From: Mycolicibacterium smegmatis
GTDB lineage: Bacteria > Actinomycetota > Actinomycetes > Mycobacteriales > Mycobacteriaceae
Direction: 5' to 3'
NCBI RefSeq assembly: GCF_001457595.1
Contig: NZ_LN831039.1
Coordinates: 4,770,001-4,802,000 of the forward strand
Length of the DNA: 32,000 bases
Shown: one piece after another, positions 7,709-19,277 of the stretch
Layout: every line of letters begins with the position of its first letter
Numbering within the stretch: position 1 is the stretch's first letter
The notes under the pieces: model-generated
What the model saw: the letters and a program-made list of their open reading frames with translations, nothing else
What the model was told of the DNA's origin: nothing
The model's database searches: none
Made by a program: the position numbers and the translations under genes

Positions 7709-8371
7709 ATGCAGCTCTACTACGGCGATCTCGTCCCGTACCTCATACCACTGCTCAAAGGGCTCGCGGTCAGCATCGCGGTGAGCCTGGCCGCGACCGC
7801 GATCGGTGGCGCGTTCGGGATCCTGCTCTATGCGGGACGAACCGCACGGCTCAACGCGTTCCGTGTCGCGGCCTCGGCCTACATCGAGGTCATCCGCAAC
7901 ACGCCCCTGCTGCTGCAGCTCTACCTCGTGTACTTCGCGCTGCCGCACGCCGGGGTCAACCTCGATCCTGTCACGGCAGGCATACTGGCCCTGAGCATCA
8001 ACAACTCGGCCTACATGGCCGAGATCTACCGGGCCGGGTTCCAATCTGTTCCCGCGGGACTCCGCGAAGCCGCAGCCGCACTCGGTATGAGCCCGCGCGA
8101 CACGTTCTGGCGAGTGCTGTTCATCCCGGCCATGCGAAATGTCCTGCCCGCCATCACCAACCAGACGATTCTGCTGTTCCTCGCGTCGTCGATCACGTCG
8201 GTCGTGTCCCTGCCCGATCTGATGCACGTGATGATGGGCATCACCTCGACGACGTTCCGCACCATCGAGGCCTTCACCGTGGGCGGCCTGCTGTACTTCG
8301 CCGTCGCGTTCCTCATCGCAAGTTTCTCGCGAGTCGTCGAGACCCGATTCATCAAGTGGAAGGTGGCGTGA
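7709..8371 (+). CDS. amino acid ABC transporter permease (His/Glu/Gln/Arg/opine family)
   Basis: 220 aa, polytopic. The EAA-like region is [32 protein letters not shown]. Confidence 0.9.
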   Translation: MQLYYGDLVPYLIPLLKGLAVSIAVSLAATAIGGAFGILLYAGRTARLNAFRVAASAYIEVIRNTPLLLQLYLVYFALPHAGVNLDPVTAGILALSINNSAYMAEIYRAGFQSVPAGLREAAAALGMSPRDTFWRVLFIPAMRNVLPAITNQTILLFLASSITSVVSLPDLMHVMMGITSTTFRTIEAFTVGGLLYFAVAFLIASFSRVVETRFIKWKVA

Positions 8372-9078
8372 TGTTCGAGGGACTCGGCACCCAACATCTG
8401 ACACTGATCTGGCATGGAGCCCTGGTCACCGTGCAGATCTGCACTCTCTCAGTACTTTTCGGAGGCGCACTGGGAATCGTCATCGGTTTGATGTCGACAG
8501 CACCAATACGGGTGCTGCGGTGGGTGGCAGCGCTCTACGTAGCGGTGATCCGCGGCATACCGGTGTTGTTGATCATCTTCTTCGTCTACTTCGGCATCCC
8601 TCTACTCGCGCCGGGCAGCAGCCTCTCGGAGTACTGGGCTGCCGTGATCGCGCTGTCGGTGTTCGCCTCGGCCTATGTCGGCGAACTGGTGCGCGGCAGC
8701 ATCCAAGCGGTCCCGCACGGGCAGTTCGAGGCGGCCGACGCACTCGGGTTGTCCTACGCACAGCGCATGCGCTGGGTGATCCTGCCGCAGGCGGCGCGAG
8801 TGATCGTGCCGCCGGGCGTCGGGTTCCTGGTGGTGCTGATCAAGGACAGTTCGCTGGTGGCGGTCATCGGCCTCATCGAACTGACGCGGGCCGGAAACGT
8901 GGTCAGCTCGCTGACCGCCGACCCGATCACCACCTATCTGATCGTCGGCGCGTGTTACTTCGTCATCTGCTATGCGCTCTCGTCGCTGGGGCGCCGCTAC
9001 GAGCGCCGACTCGGCGTTCACGTCAAAGCCCCCGAGGTCGGCGACGCCCTCAAACTCACCACAGGAGCGAAGAAATGA
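8371..9078 (+). CDS. amino acid ABC transporter permease, second subunit
   Basis: This is the real part of track ORF 7642-9078 and starts at ATG 8371, overlapping the previous stop (TGATG). Sequence: [22 protein letters not shown]...[33 protein letters not shown]. Confidence 0.88.
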   Translation: MFEGLGTQHLTLIWHGALVTVQICTLSVLFGGALGIVIGLMSTAPIRVLRWVAALYVAVIRGIPVLLIIFFVYFGIPLLAPGSSLSEYWAAVIALSVFASAYVGELVRGSIQAVPHGQFEAADALGLSYAQRMRWVILPQAARVIVPPGVGFLVVLIKDSSLVAVIGLIELTRAGNVVSSLTADPITTYLIVGACYFVICYALSSLGRRYERRLGVHVKAPEVGDALKLTTGAKK

Positions 9079-9803
9079 TCAAGGTCGACGGACTGCGGTT
9101 GAGCTTCGGCGACACCGAGGTGCTGCATGGTGTTTCGTGCACCGTGGCCGAAGGCGAGGTGGTGTGCATCATCGGGGCTTCCGGATCGGGTAAGAGCACC
9201 CTGCTGCGCTGTATGAACGGGTTGGAGCGCCCGTCGCACGGCACGATCGTCATCAACGGCCACACCCTCGGACCGCAGGAGAAGACGGCCGACCTGGCGG
9301 TGGTGCGCCGCGACGTGGGCATGGTGTTCCAGCACTTCAATCTCTTCCCACACATGACCGTCATGGACAACATCACTCTGGCGCCTCGTCGCGTGCTCAG
9401 GCGCAGCAGGGACGAGGCGCAGGAGCGGGCGCGCACCCTGCTGTCCAGAGTGGGACTGGCCGACAAGGCCGACGTCTATCCCGATTCCCTGTCGGGTGGC
9501 CAGAAGCAGCGTGTGGCCATCGCCCGTGCGCTCGCGATGGACCCGACCATCATGCTGTTCGACGAACCGACATCGGCACTGGACCCCGAAATCGTGGGTG
9601 AGGTGCTGACTGTGATGAAAGACCTTGCCGCCGAGGGTATGACGATGGTCGTGGTGACCCACGAGATGGGCTTCGCCCGCGAGGTGTCCGACCGGGTGAT
9701 CTACATGGACAAGGGCACCATCGTCGAAACCGCCGGACCGACGGAACTGTTCACCTCGCCTGAGGAAGCCCGTACGCGCGAGTTCCTCAGCAAGGTGCTC
9801 TGA
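9075..9803 (+). CDS. amino acid ABC transporter ATP-binding protein
   Basis: ATG at 9075 overlaps the permease stop (ATGA). Walker [10 protein letters not shown], signature [15 protein letters not shown], Walker [13 protein letters not shown] and the H-loop VVTHEM are all present. Confidence 0.93.
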   Translation: MIKVDGLRLSFGDTEVLHGVSCTVAEGEVVCIIGASGSGKSTLLRCMNGLERPSHGTIVINGHTLGPQEKTADLAVVRRDVGMVFQHFNLFPHMTVMDNITLAPRRVLRRSRDEAQERARTLLSRVGLADKADVYPDSLSGGQKQRVAIARALAMDPTIMLFDEPTSALDPEIVGEVLTVMKDLAAEGMTMVVVTHEMGFAREVSDRVIYMDKGTIVETAGPTELFTSPEEARTREFLSKVL

Positions 9804-9804
9804 C

Positions 9805-11394
9805 ATGCCCGCACTGGACTTCCTGCTGACCGGGGCACAGATCGTCGACGGCACCGGAGCTCGCGCCCGTCGCGCCGATATCGGGCTGCGCGGTGACCGC
9901 ATCGAGTTCGTCGGTTTGTCACCCGACGCCAAGGCCGTCACCACCGTGGACTGCACCGGCATGCTCATCACCCCGGGACTCATCGACCCACACAGCCACA
10001 GCGACTGGTCGGCACTGGGCAATCCCGACGCGTTCAGCACGATCCACCAGGGCGTCACCACCGAGGTGGTCGGCAACTGCGGGGTCACCTACGCGCCCAT
10101 CGGCGACGACGACGTCGACGCGACCGCGGGCGCCCTGCGCGCGATGGGCTACCAGGGACCGATCGACTGGCGTGACTTCGGCGAGTACGTGGCCCGTGTG
10201 CACTCGGGGCCCACGGCGCAGAACCTCATGTGGTTCGTCGGGCACACCGCGCTGCGCTCCGCGGCGCGACGAGCCACCGACGGGCTGCGCGAACAGATCC
10301 GCTTGCTCGAAGACGCCATGGACGCCGGCGCGATCGGCTTCTCCAGCGGCCTCGAGTACGGCTCGGGACGGTTCGCCACGACCGAGGAACTCGTCGCCCT
10401 GGCCCGGGCGGCGGGACGACGGGATGGCATGTACGCCAGTCACATCCGCAACCGCGATGCCGACCTGGACGCGGCCGTCGAGGAATTCTTCACGATCGTG
10501 ACCGCGGGCGGGGTCCGCGCGCAGCTGTCGCATCTCAACGTCCGCCACGACACCGGTGCCCCACCGGGTGCCTGGGCTCGGGCCGCCGACCGGGTGGTCG
10601 CCGAAAGACGTCGCGGGACTGACGTACTCGCGGACATGACACCCTATCCCCACGGCATCGGCATGGCCACCGGACTGCTGCCGGGCTGGCTGGTCGAGCG
10701 CCCCGCCGCCGAGGTCGCGGCGCTGCTCGGTGACCGCGAGATCCGGGACCGGGTCCGCCTCGACGGCGACCGCTATTGGCGGTTCGTACATCGCGGCCAG
10801 TGGCACCGGGTGCGCCTCGGCGTCAGCACCACCCATCCGGAATGGGAAGGTCTGTCGTTCCCCGAGATCGCCGAACGGCACGGCACCGACGAGTGGGAAT
10901 GCCTGTTCGACATTCTCGCCGCGGCCGGGGCGGAGATGGGCGGCGTCCAGTTGCTCGGTGATCTGTTCAGCGCGGACCATCTGGCCGAGGCCATCGGCCA
11001 TGATCACTTCTTGCTCGGTGTCGACGCCTTCACGACATGCCGTCATGGTGCGCTCGACGGCAGAACACGCAATCCGCTGTTCTATCACGGGCATACGCAC
11101 TATCTGGCTCATCACGTGCCTGCGGGGACCCTGACGTTGGAGACCGCGATCCACAAGATGACCGGAAAGGTCGCCGAACATTTCGACATGCGTGACCGGG
11201 GAGAACTTCGGGCGGGCGCATTCGCCGACATCGTCGTCTTCGATCCGGCCGTCATCGACCGCACCGACACCTGGGGTCTGCCGACCCGATATGCCGAGGC
11301 GGCCCGTCACGTGTGGGTCAACGGCGTACCCGTCGTCACCGACGCTGTCCACACCGGCCGAAGGCCTGGAGTCATGCTCACCCACCGGTCGTGA
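9805..11394 (+). CDS. N-acyl-D-amino-acid deacylase (D-aminoacylase) family amidohydrolase
   Basis: 529 aa, starting 1 nt after the ATPase stop. Motifs: IDPHSHSD (HxH), VVGNCGVTYAP (the Cys metal ligand typical of D-aminoacylases), YASHIRN and QLSHLNV (distal His ligands). The small N- and C-terminal beta-barrel segments typical of the family are present. Confidence 0.85.
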   Translation: MPALDFLLTGAQIVDGTGARARRADIGLRGDRIEFVGLSPDAKAVTTVDCTGMLITPGLIDPHSHSDWSALGNPDAFSTIHQGVTTEVVGNCGVTYAPIGDDDVDATAGALRAMGYQGPIDWRDFGEYVARVHSGPTAQNLMWFVGHTALRSAARRATDGLREQIRLLEDAMDAGAIGFSSGLEYGSGRFATTEELVALARAAGRRDGMYASHIRNRDADLDAAVEEFFTIVTAGGVRAQLSHLNVRHDTGAPPGAWARAADRVVAERRRGTDVLADMTPYPHGIGMATGLLPGWLVERPAAEVAALLGDREIRDRVRLDGDRYWRFVHRGQWHRVRLGVSTTHPEWEGLSFPEIAERHGTDEWECLFDILAAAGAEMGGVQLLGDLFSADHLAEAIGHDHFLLGVDAFTTCRHGALDGRTRNPLFYHGHTHYLAHHVPAGTLTLETAIHKMTGKVAEHFDMRDRGELRAGAFADIVVFDPAVIDRTDTWGLPTRYAEAARHVWVNGVPVVTDAVHTGRRPGVMLTHRS

Positions 11395-11434
11395 ACCTCA
11401 CGACAGCACCCTCACTCAAGGAGCACCGAAACCC

Positions 11435-12571
11435 ATGAAGATCACCGACATTCAGACGTGCGGCCTGCGCGGCGCCACTCCAGAGGGCGGCTGGTCCAAC
11501 GAGCTGCGGCCCGACGACGTCGTCCACACCTTGGTCGCCGTACACACCGATACCGGCCAGGTCGGCATCGGCAGCGCGTTCACCACCGAGGGGTTGGTGG
11601 CGGCCGCCGTGGATCTGCTCGCGCCACAGCTGATCGGTCAGAGCGCGCTGGAGGCCGAACGGCTCACCGAGACGCTGCACCAGAGCGCGTTCTGGATGGG
11701 CCGCGGCGGTTCGCTCACCCACGCCACCAGCGCGATAGACATCGCGTTGTGGGATCTGGCCGGGCAGGCTCTCGGGCAGCCGGTCGGGCGGCTGCTGGGT
11801 GGCCGCTATCGCGATCGGGTACGCCCATACGCCTCGGTGCTCATGGACGAGGCCCCGGCGATGACCGAGAACCTGTCGGAGCTTGTCGACCAGGGCTTCA
11901 CCGCGTTCAAGATCGGCTGGTGGAAGTTCGGCCGCGTGGACGCGCAAACCGACGAGCGCACCGTGGCCGCTGCGCGGGAGGCCGTCGGCGATCATCTGCT
12001 GGCGGTCGACGCCGGTGGATCCGAGGCGTTCTTCCCGGGCGGCCTGTCGTGGGCGAAACGCACCGCCGACATGCTGGCCGACTATGGCGTCGCATGGTTC
12101 GAGGAGGCGCTGGCACCCGACGACCTCGACGGGTTCACGGAACTGCGAAGGCATTCCAAGATTCCGATCAGCGGTGGTGAGGTGCTCACGCGCCGGCAGA
12201 CCTTCCTTCCGTTCCTGGATGCGGGGGCCTTCGACATCGTGCAGCCGGACACCACGAAGGGCGGTGGTCTCAGCGAGTCACGCCGCATCGGCTGGGCGGC
12301 CCAGGACCGCGGCATCAGGTTGGTACCGCACGGCTGGAACACCGCGGTGGGGTTGGCCGCCGATCTGCATCTGGCATCCGCACTGGCCGCCACCGATCTC
12401 GTCGAGTACAAGACCGGATCGGCATACATCGACGAACTCGTCTGCGCCGGATGGGAGCTCGACCGCGACGGAATGCTCGCGATTCCGGAGACACCGGGGC
12501 TCGGCATCACGCTGGATCCGGCCGCCCTCGAGCGCTACGGCACTCGGCCTTCCTTCGCCGATCCGCGATGA
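11435..12571 (+). CDS. enolase-superfamily enzyme (mandelate racemase/muconate lactonizing enzyme family; acid-sugar dehydratase-like)
   Basis: This is the real part of track ORF 11192-12571. ATG at 11435 follows AAGGAGCA. Candidate metal ligands are LAVDAGG (D), WFEEAL (E) and ISGGEVL (E). The candidate Asp/His dyad is FDIVQPD and LVPHGWN. The capping domain is HATSAIDIALWDLAGQALGQPVGRLLGG. Confidence 0.85.
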   Translation: MKITDIQTCGLRGATPEGGWSNELRPDDVVHTLVAVHTDTGQVGIGSAFTTEGLVAAAVDLLAPQLIGQSALEAERLTETLHQSAFWMGRGGSLTHATSAIDIALWDLAGQALGQPVGRLLGGRYRDRVRPYASVLMDEAPAMTENLSELVDQGFTAFKIGWWKFGRVDAQTDERTVAAAREAVGDHLLAVDAGGSEAFFPGGLSWAKRTADMLADYGVAWFEEALAPDDLDGFTELRRHSKIPISGGEVLTRRQTFLPFLDAGAFDIVQPDTTKGGGLSESRRIGWAAQDRGIRLVPHGWNTAVGLAADLHLASALAATDLVEYKTGSAYIDELVCAGWELDRDGMLAIPETPGLGITLDPAALERYGTRPSFADPR

Positions 12572-13188
12572 ACGACGTGTTCGATCATCGCGTGATCCCG
12601 CTCGCCACCGTGCGGGATCCGGGTCACGTCGACGTGATCGGCGACGGTCTCGTCGACGGGGGCCTGCCCGTGGTCGAGGTCGCGCTGCGTGGTGAGTACG
12701 GTCTGGCCGCGATCCGCAGACTGTCGGCGCGGGGCGACATTCTGGTGGGCGCGGGGACCGTCCGCTCGGTCGCGCAGGCCGCTGACGCGATCGAGGCAGG
12801 CGCACGGTTCATCGTGTCTCCCAACCTCGACGATGATGTCGTCGAGTTCGTCGGCCGCGCCGGGCTGGCGGTCATCCCCGGCGTGCTGACGCCCACCGAG
12901 GTGGGCAACGCCGTGCGGCTCGGCCTGCACAGGCTCAAGTTGTTTCCGGCCGCTGCCGTCGACGCCCGCGCGCTGCTCACCGCGTATCGCGCGGTCTTTC
13001 CCGACGTGGCCTTCATGCCCTCGGCAGGCATCACCGCGGCATCGATGGCGGAACTGTTGGAACTGCAGGCGGTTTTCGCCGTCAGCGGCAGCTGGATCAC
13101 CGCAGCGGCCGCGAGAGGCGCGACCGCGGTGGCCGAGGAGGCACGGGCCGCCGTCACGATCGCGACCGGAGGACGGTGGCGCGCGTGA
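12568..13188 (+). CDS. 2-dehydro-3-deoxy-phosphogluconate/-galactonate aldolase (KDPG/KHG aldolase, Eda/DgoA family)
   Basis: ATG at 12568 overlaps the previous stop (ATGA). Motifs: VIPLATV, VVEVALR, GAGTV, FIVSP, IPGVLTPTE, and LKLFPA carrying the Schiff-base Lys. Confidence 0.85.
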   Translation: MNDVFDHRVIPLATVRDPGHVDVIGDGLVDGGLPVVEVALRGEYGLAAIRRLSARGDILVGAGTVRSVAQAADAIEAGARFIVSPNLDDDVVEFVGRAGLAVIPGVLTPTEVGNAVRLGLHRLKLFPAAAVDARALLTAYRAVFPDVAFMPSAGITAASMAELLELQAVFAVSGSWITAAAARGATAVAEEARAAVTIATGGRWRA

Positions 13189-14144
13189 CTCCCCTATTCG
13201 ACGTCGTCACGGTCGGTGAGAGTCTCGGCCTGCTCACGGCATCACGGTCCGGTCGCCTCCACCACAACCGCGATCTGCGACTGGGATTCGGTGGCGCCGA
13301 GAGCAATGTGGCGATCGGAGTCGCTCGGCTGGGCGCAACGGCGGCCTGGATCGGCCGGGTGGGCGACGACAGCCTCGGCGAACTCATCGTGCGCGAATTA
13401 CGGGCCGAGGGGGTCCACGCCTTCCCGGTGGTCGACCGCGGCGCCTCGACCGCGCTGATGATCAAGGAACACCCATATCCGGGCGCCGCCCGCATCACCT
13501 ATTACCGTCGCGGGCAGGCCGGCAGCCGACTGCAGCCGCGTGACGTGCCCGACAGCGTCGTGTCGGACACGAAAATCCTTCATCTCACCGGCATTTCGGC
13601 GGGCTTGGGTGCCTCCACGCTGGCCACGGCCCATGCCGCGGCGGACGCCGCGGCTTCGGCGGGTGCGACGATCTCCTTCGATGTCAACCATCGCACCGCA
13701 CTGTGGCAGGACCGCGGCGCGGCCTCGGCGGCCTACCTCGAACTCGCCCGCCGGGCGCATATCGTGTTCGCCGGGGAAGAGGAGGCCTTCCTGCTCACCG
13801 GGATCGACACCGCTCATGGCCAACTCGATGCCCTGTTGAGCCTCGGCGTCGACTGCGCGGTGATCAAACTCGGCGCGGACGGCGCGATCGCTGCCACCGC
13901 CACGGACAGGCTCTCGGCCCCGGCCGTGCCGGTGCCGGTGGTGGACACCGTCGGCGCGGGAGACGCCTTCGTCGCGGGGTGGCTGGCAGAACTCGCCGGT
14001 GGCGCCGGCGTTGGACTGTGCCTGGACACCGCGGTGGCCTGTGGCGCGTTCGCCTGCACGGGTGAAGGCGACTGGGAATCGGCGCCGGGCCGCGACGACC
14101 TCGACTGGCTGCGCCGCGGCCCGGCCGATCCCGTTCTGCGTTAG
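13185..14144 (+). CDS. PfkB-family sugar-acid kinase (2-dehydro-3-deoxygluconokinase/-galactonokinase-like)
   Basis: Track ORF starts at 13176. GTG at 13185 overlaps the aldolase stop (GTGA) and lies 11 nt after GGAGGA. The N-terminal [10 protein letters not shown] and the C-terminal [15 protein letters not shown]/anion-hole motif are present. Confidence 0.85.
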   Translation: MTPLFDVVTVGESLGLLTASRSGRLHHNRDLRLGFGGAESNVAIGVARLGATAAWIGRVGDDSLGELIVRELRAEGVHAFPVVDRGASTALMIKEHPYPGAARITYYRRGQAGSRLQPRDVPDSVVSDTKILHLTGISAGLGASTLATAHAAADAAASAGATISFDVNHRTALWQDRGAASAAYLELARRAHIVFAGEEEAFLLTGIDTAHGQLDALLSLGVDCAVIKLGADGAIAATATDRLSAPAVPVPVVDTVGAGDAFVAGWLAELAGGAGVGLCLDTAVACGAFACTGEGDWESAPGRDDLDWLRRGPADPVLR

Positions 14145-14749
14145 TCGAATTCGGGGCTCTCGGTGCGGGACCGCTTGAGCTCCCAGAAGTGCGGGTAGGA
14201 CGCGAAGGTGACGGAGGCGTCCCACAACTTGCCGGCCTCCTCGCCGCGCGGGATGCGCGACAGGACCGGGCCGAAGAACGCGACGCCGTTGACGTGGATG
14301 GTGGGGGTGCCGACGTCGTCACCGACGGCGTCCATGCCGGCGTGGTGGCTGCGACGCAGCGCCTCGTCGTACTTGTCGGTGGTGGCGGCCTCCGCCAGCT
14401 CGGCGGGCAGGCCCACCTCCTCGAGCGACTGCGCGATCACCTCGTCGAAGTTCTTGTTGTCCTGGTTGTGGATCCGGGTGCCCATCGCGGTGTAGAGCGG
14501 CGACAGGATCTCGGAGCCCTTGAGCTGCTCGGCGGCGATCGCGACGCGGACCGGGCCCCAGGCCTTCTTCATCATCTCCTGGTATTCCTCGGGCAGGTCC
14601 CTGCCCTCGTTGAGGACCGCCAGGCTCATCACGTGGAACTGCACCTCGATGTCACGCACCTTCTCCACTTCGAGAATCCAGCGCGAGGTGATCCAGCACC
14701 ACGGGCACAACGGGTCGAACCAGAAACCTGCGACATCCTTCTGAGCCAT
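14141..14749 (-). CDS. DsbA-like thioredoxin-fold oxidoreductase, Rv2466c homologue (mycothiol-dependent reductase family)
   Basis: Track ORF extends to 14839. ATG at 14749 is preceded by GGAGAGGA. The sequence [47 protein letters not shown] carries the CPWC active site and closely matches my memory of Rv2466c. Its stop overlaps the convergent kinase stop (TTAG at 14141-14144). Confidence 0.88.
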   Translation of the reverse strand: MAQKDVAGFWFDPLCPWCWITSRWILEVEKVRDIEVQFHVMSLAVLNEGRDLPEEYQEMMKKAWGPVRVAIAAEQLKGSEILSPLYTAMGTRIHNQDNKNFDEVIAQSLEEVGLPAELAEAATTDKYDEALRRSHHAGMDAVGDDVGTPTIHVNGVAFFGPVLSRIPRGEEAGKLWDASVTFASYPHFWELKRSRTESPEFD

Positions 14750-14791
14750 CAACGCGTCCTCTCCACAACCGGTCGGAATTCCGTTCAGCAC

Positions 14792-14817
14792 AACTGCCGG
14801 CGCGCCCGCGGTGTTCC
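14792..14817 (-). promoter_or_regulatory. ECF sigma-H/sigma-E-type promoter candidate (GGAACA-N17-GTT) upstream of the DsbA-like gene
   Basis: The minus strand reads gGGAACA (14818-14812), a 17-nt spacer, then GTTg (14794-14791). This lies about 43 nt upstream of the ATG at 14749. Confidence 0.4.
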
Positions 14818-14999
14818 CACTCACATCCGACGCAGACAAACCGGCCGAGCTTGCACAGGAAAGTCACAGCGGAAAGCACGCAACGCAGATAGTGCGCCGA
14901 TCTTTATCGAACCGTGTTTCCTCTGTGACCTACGTCTACCACCGTTACAGAAACGTACTAGAGCGCTGTGAGTGCTCTCCGTGACAATTGAGGAGCCAC

Positions 15000-15404
15000 A
15001 TGTCCGCTCGCCTCCCCGCGGTGCTCGTCACCGCCGCCGCCCTTGCCGCCGGTGTCGGCGCCACCCCCGCCCACGCCGACCCGGCGGCTCCCGGCGCCCC
15101 TGGCAATCCGGTGGACCGCTCGTTTCTGACCGCGCTGAACAACGCGGGCGTCGGCTACGCGGACCCGGACGCGGCCGTGCGCCTGGGGCAGGACGTGTGC
15201 CCGATGCTGGTCGAACCGGGGAAGAACTTCGCGTCGGTCGTGACGAAGCTGCGCGGGGACCGCAGCGTCGTCTCCCCTGACGTCGCGGCATTCTTCGCCG
15301 GGATCGCGATCTCCATGTACTGCCCCCAGATGATCTCCGGAATCGGCGACGGGACCCTGTTGCGCATGCTGGCGGTTCCCGGCCTGGGCGCATTGGGCCG
15401 GTAG
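15000..15404 (+). CDS. secreted DUF732-family protein
   Basis: Track ORF starts at 14988 (TTG). ATG at 15000 follows AGGAG at 14991-14995. Signal peptide MSARLPAVLVTAAALAAGVGATPAHA, then the DUF732-like FLTALNNAGVGYADPDAAVRLGQDVCPML...AISMYCP with a Cys pair. Confidence 0.7.
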   Translation: MSARLPAVLVTAAALAAGVGATPAHADPAAPGAPGNPVDRSFLTALNNAGVGYADPDAAVRLGQDVCPMLVEPGKNFASVVTKLRGDRSVVSPDVAAFFAGIAISMYCPQMISGIGDGTLLRMLAVPGLGALGR

Positions 15405-15441
15405 GTCGGCCGGTGTCCCCGCCAGCCGATAGGTTGGACGG

Positions 15442-18024
<2,583 letters not shown>

Positions 18025-18114
18025 CACCCCGCACCGCGACCGTGCGTGGTTGCTGCTCGACACGCCGGAAAACAGCAGCATTCCGCGCACGCTCGCGGGC
18101 CATACCCTTGGCCG

Positions 18115-18465
18115 GTGGCCGTCAGTCGTACCCGTTCAGCACGGTATGCCCGCAGGCGTAAGCGCAGGCTCGACGCTGTCGTCAACGACCTCACCCCCGC
18201 ACAGTGGGAGGCGATCAAGCAGGCGTGGGGCGGCTGCGCCTACTGCGGGGCCACCGGCGGCCCGTTCCAGAAGGACTGCGTCATGGCGATCTCGCGGGGC
18301 GGGCGCTACACCGTCGACAACGTCGTGCCCGCATGCGGATCGTGCAACGCAAGCAAGTGCAACGACGAGGTGACCGGCTGGCTGCGTCGTAAACGCCTCG
18401 ACGAGCGGCGGTTCCTCACGCGCTACGTCGAGATCCGCGCCCGACTGACCGCGCAGTTCGCGTAG
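18115..18465 (+). CDS. small free-standing HNH-like protein with a degenerate catalytic motif
   Basis: In frame with track ORF 18046-18465. The start is uncertain: GTG at 18115 or at 18046, neither with a clear RBS. Sequence: RRRKRRLDAVVNDLTPAQWEAIKQAWGGCAYCGATGGPFQKDCVMAISRGGRYTVDNVVPACGSCNASK. This keeps the CxxC...CxxC zinc scaffold and the Asn, but has D-C where HNH proteins have D-H. Confidence 0.6.
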   Translation: MAVSRTRSARYARRRKRRLDAVVNDLTPAQWEAIKQAWGGCAYCGATGGPFQKDCVMAISRGGRYTVDNVVPACGSCNASKCNDEVTGWLRRKRLDERRFLTRYVEIRARLTAQFA

Positions 18466-18480
18466 CGCCCCCACAAACGC

Positions 18481-18514
18481 CGCGAGCGACCGTGCTCACG
18501 CACGGTCGCTCGCG
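18481..18514. terminator. perfect 15-bp GC-rich hairpin with a 4-nt loop between convergent genes; bidirectional terminator candidate
   Basis: cgcgagcgaccgtgc (18481-18495), loop tcac, gcacggtcgctcgcg (18500-18514). On the minus strand it is followed by GCGUUUGUG. It sits between the HNH stop at 18465 and the DUF5130 stop at 18527. Confidence 0.65.
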
Positions 18515-18526
18515 ATCGAAAAAGGT

Positions 18527-19238
<712 letters not shown>

Positions 19239-19277
19239 TCAGTCGCCAACTGTGCGCGCGCCGACAGTGAGGCCCGT

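Noticed and set aside
7642-8370. N-terminal extensions of longest-ORF calls, for example 7642-8370, 8520-9074, 11192-11434, 12451-12567, 20336-20461, 22658-22840, 29718-29804 and 30333-30725.
   Set aside because: In each case the extension overlaps the preceding well-supported gene in another frame and translates to Arg/Pro-rich sequence. The recognisable protein begins at an internal ATG or GTG with an RBS and/or a 1-4 nt overlap with the upstream stop.
9018-11385. Long minus-strand ORFs (9018-10088, 356 aa; 9919-11385, 488 aa) opposite the ABC ATPase and D-aminoacylase genes.
   Set aside because: They are antisense to genes with complete catalytic motifs, have no domain signatures, and show the biased composition of antisense frames.
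18051-18080. Weak stem-loop (7-bp stem tgctgct/agcagca, 16-nt loop) after pepN, considered as a pepN terminator.
   Set aside because: The stem is short and the loop large. It lies inside one of the two possible HNH reading-frame starts. The 15-bp hairpin at 18481-18514 is a far better terminator for this convergent region.
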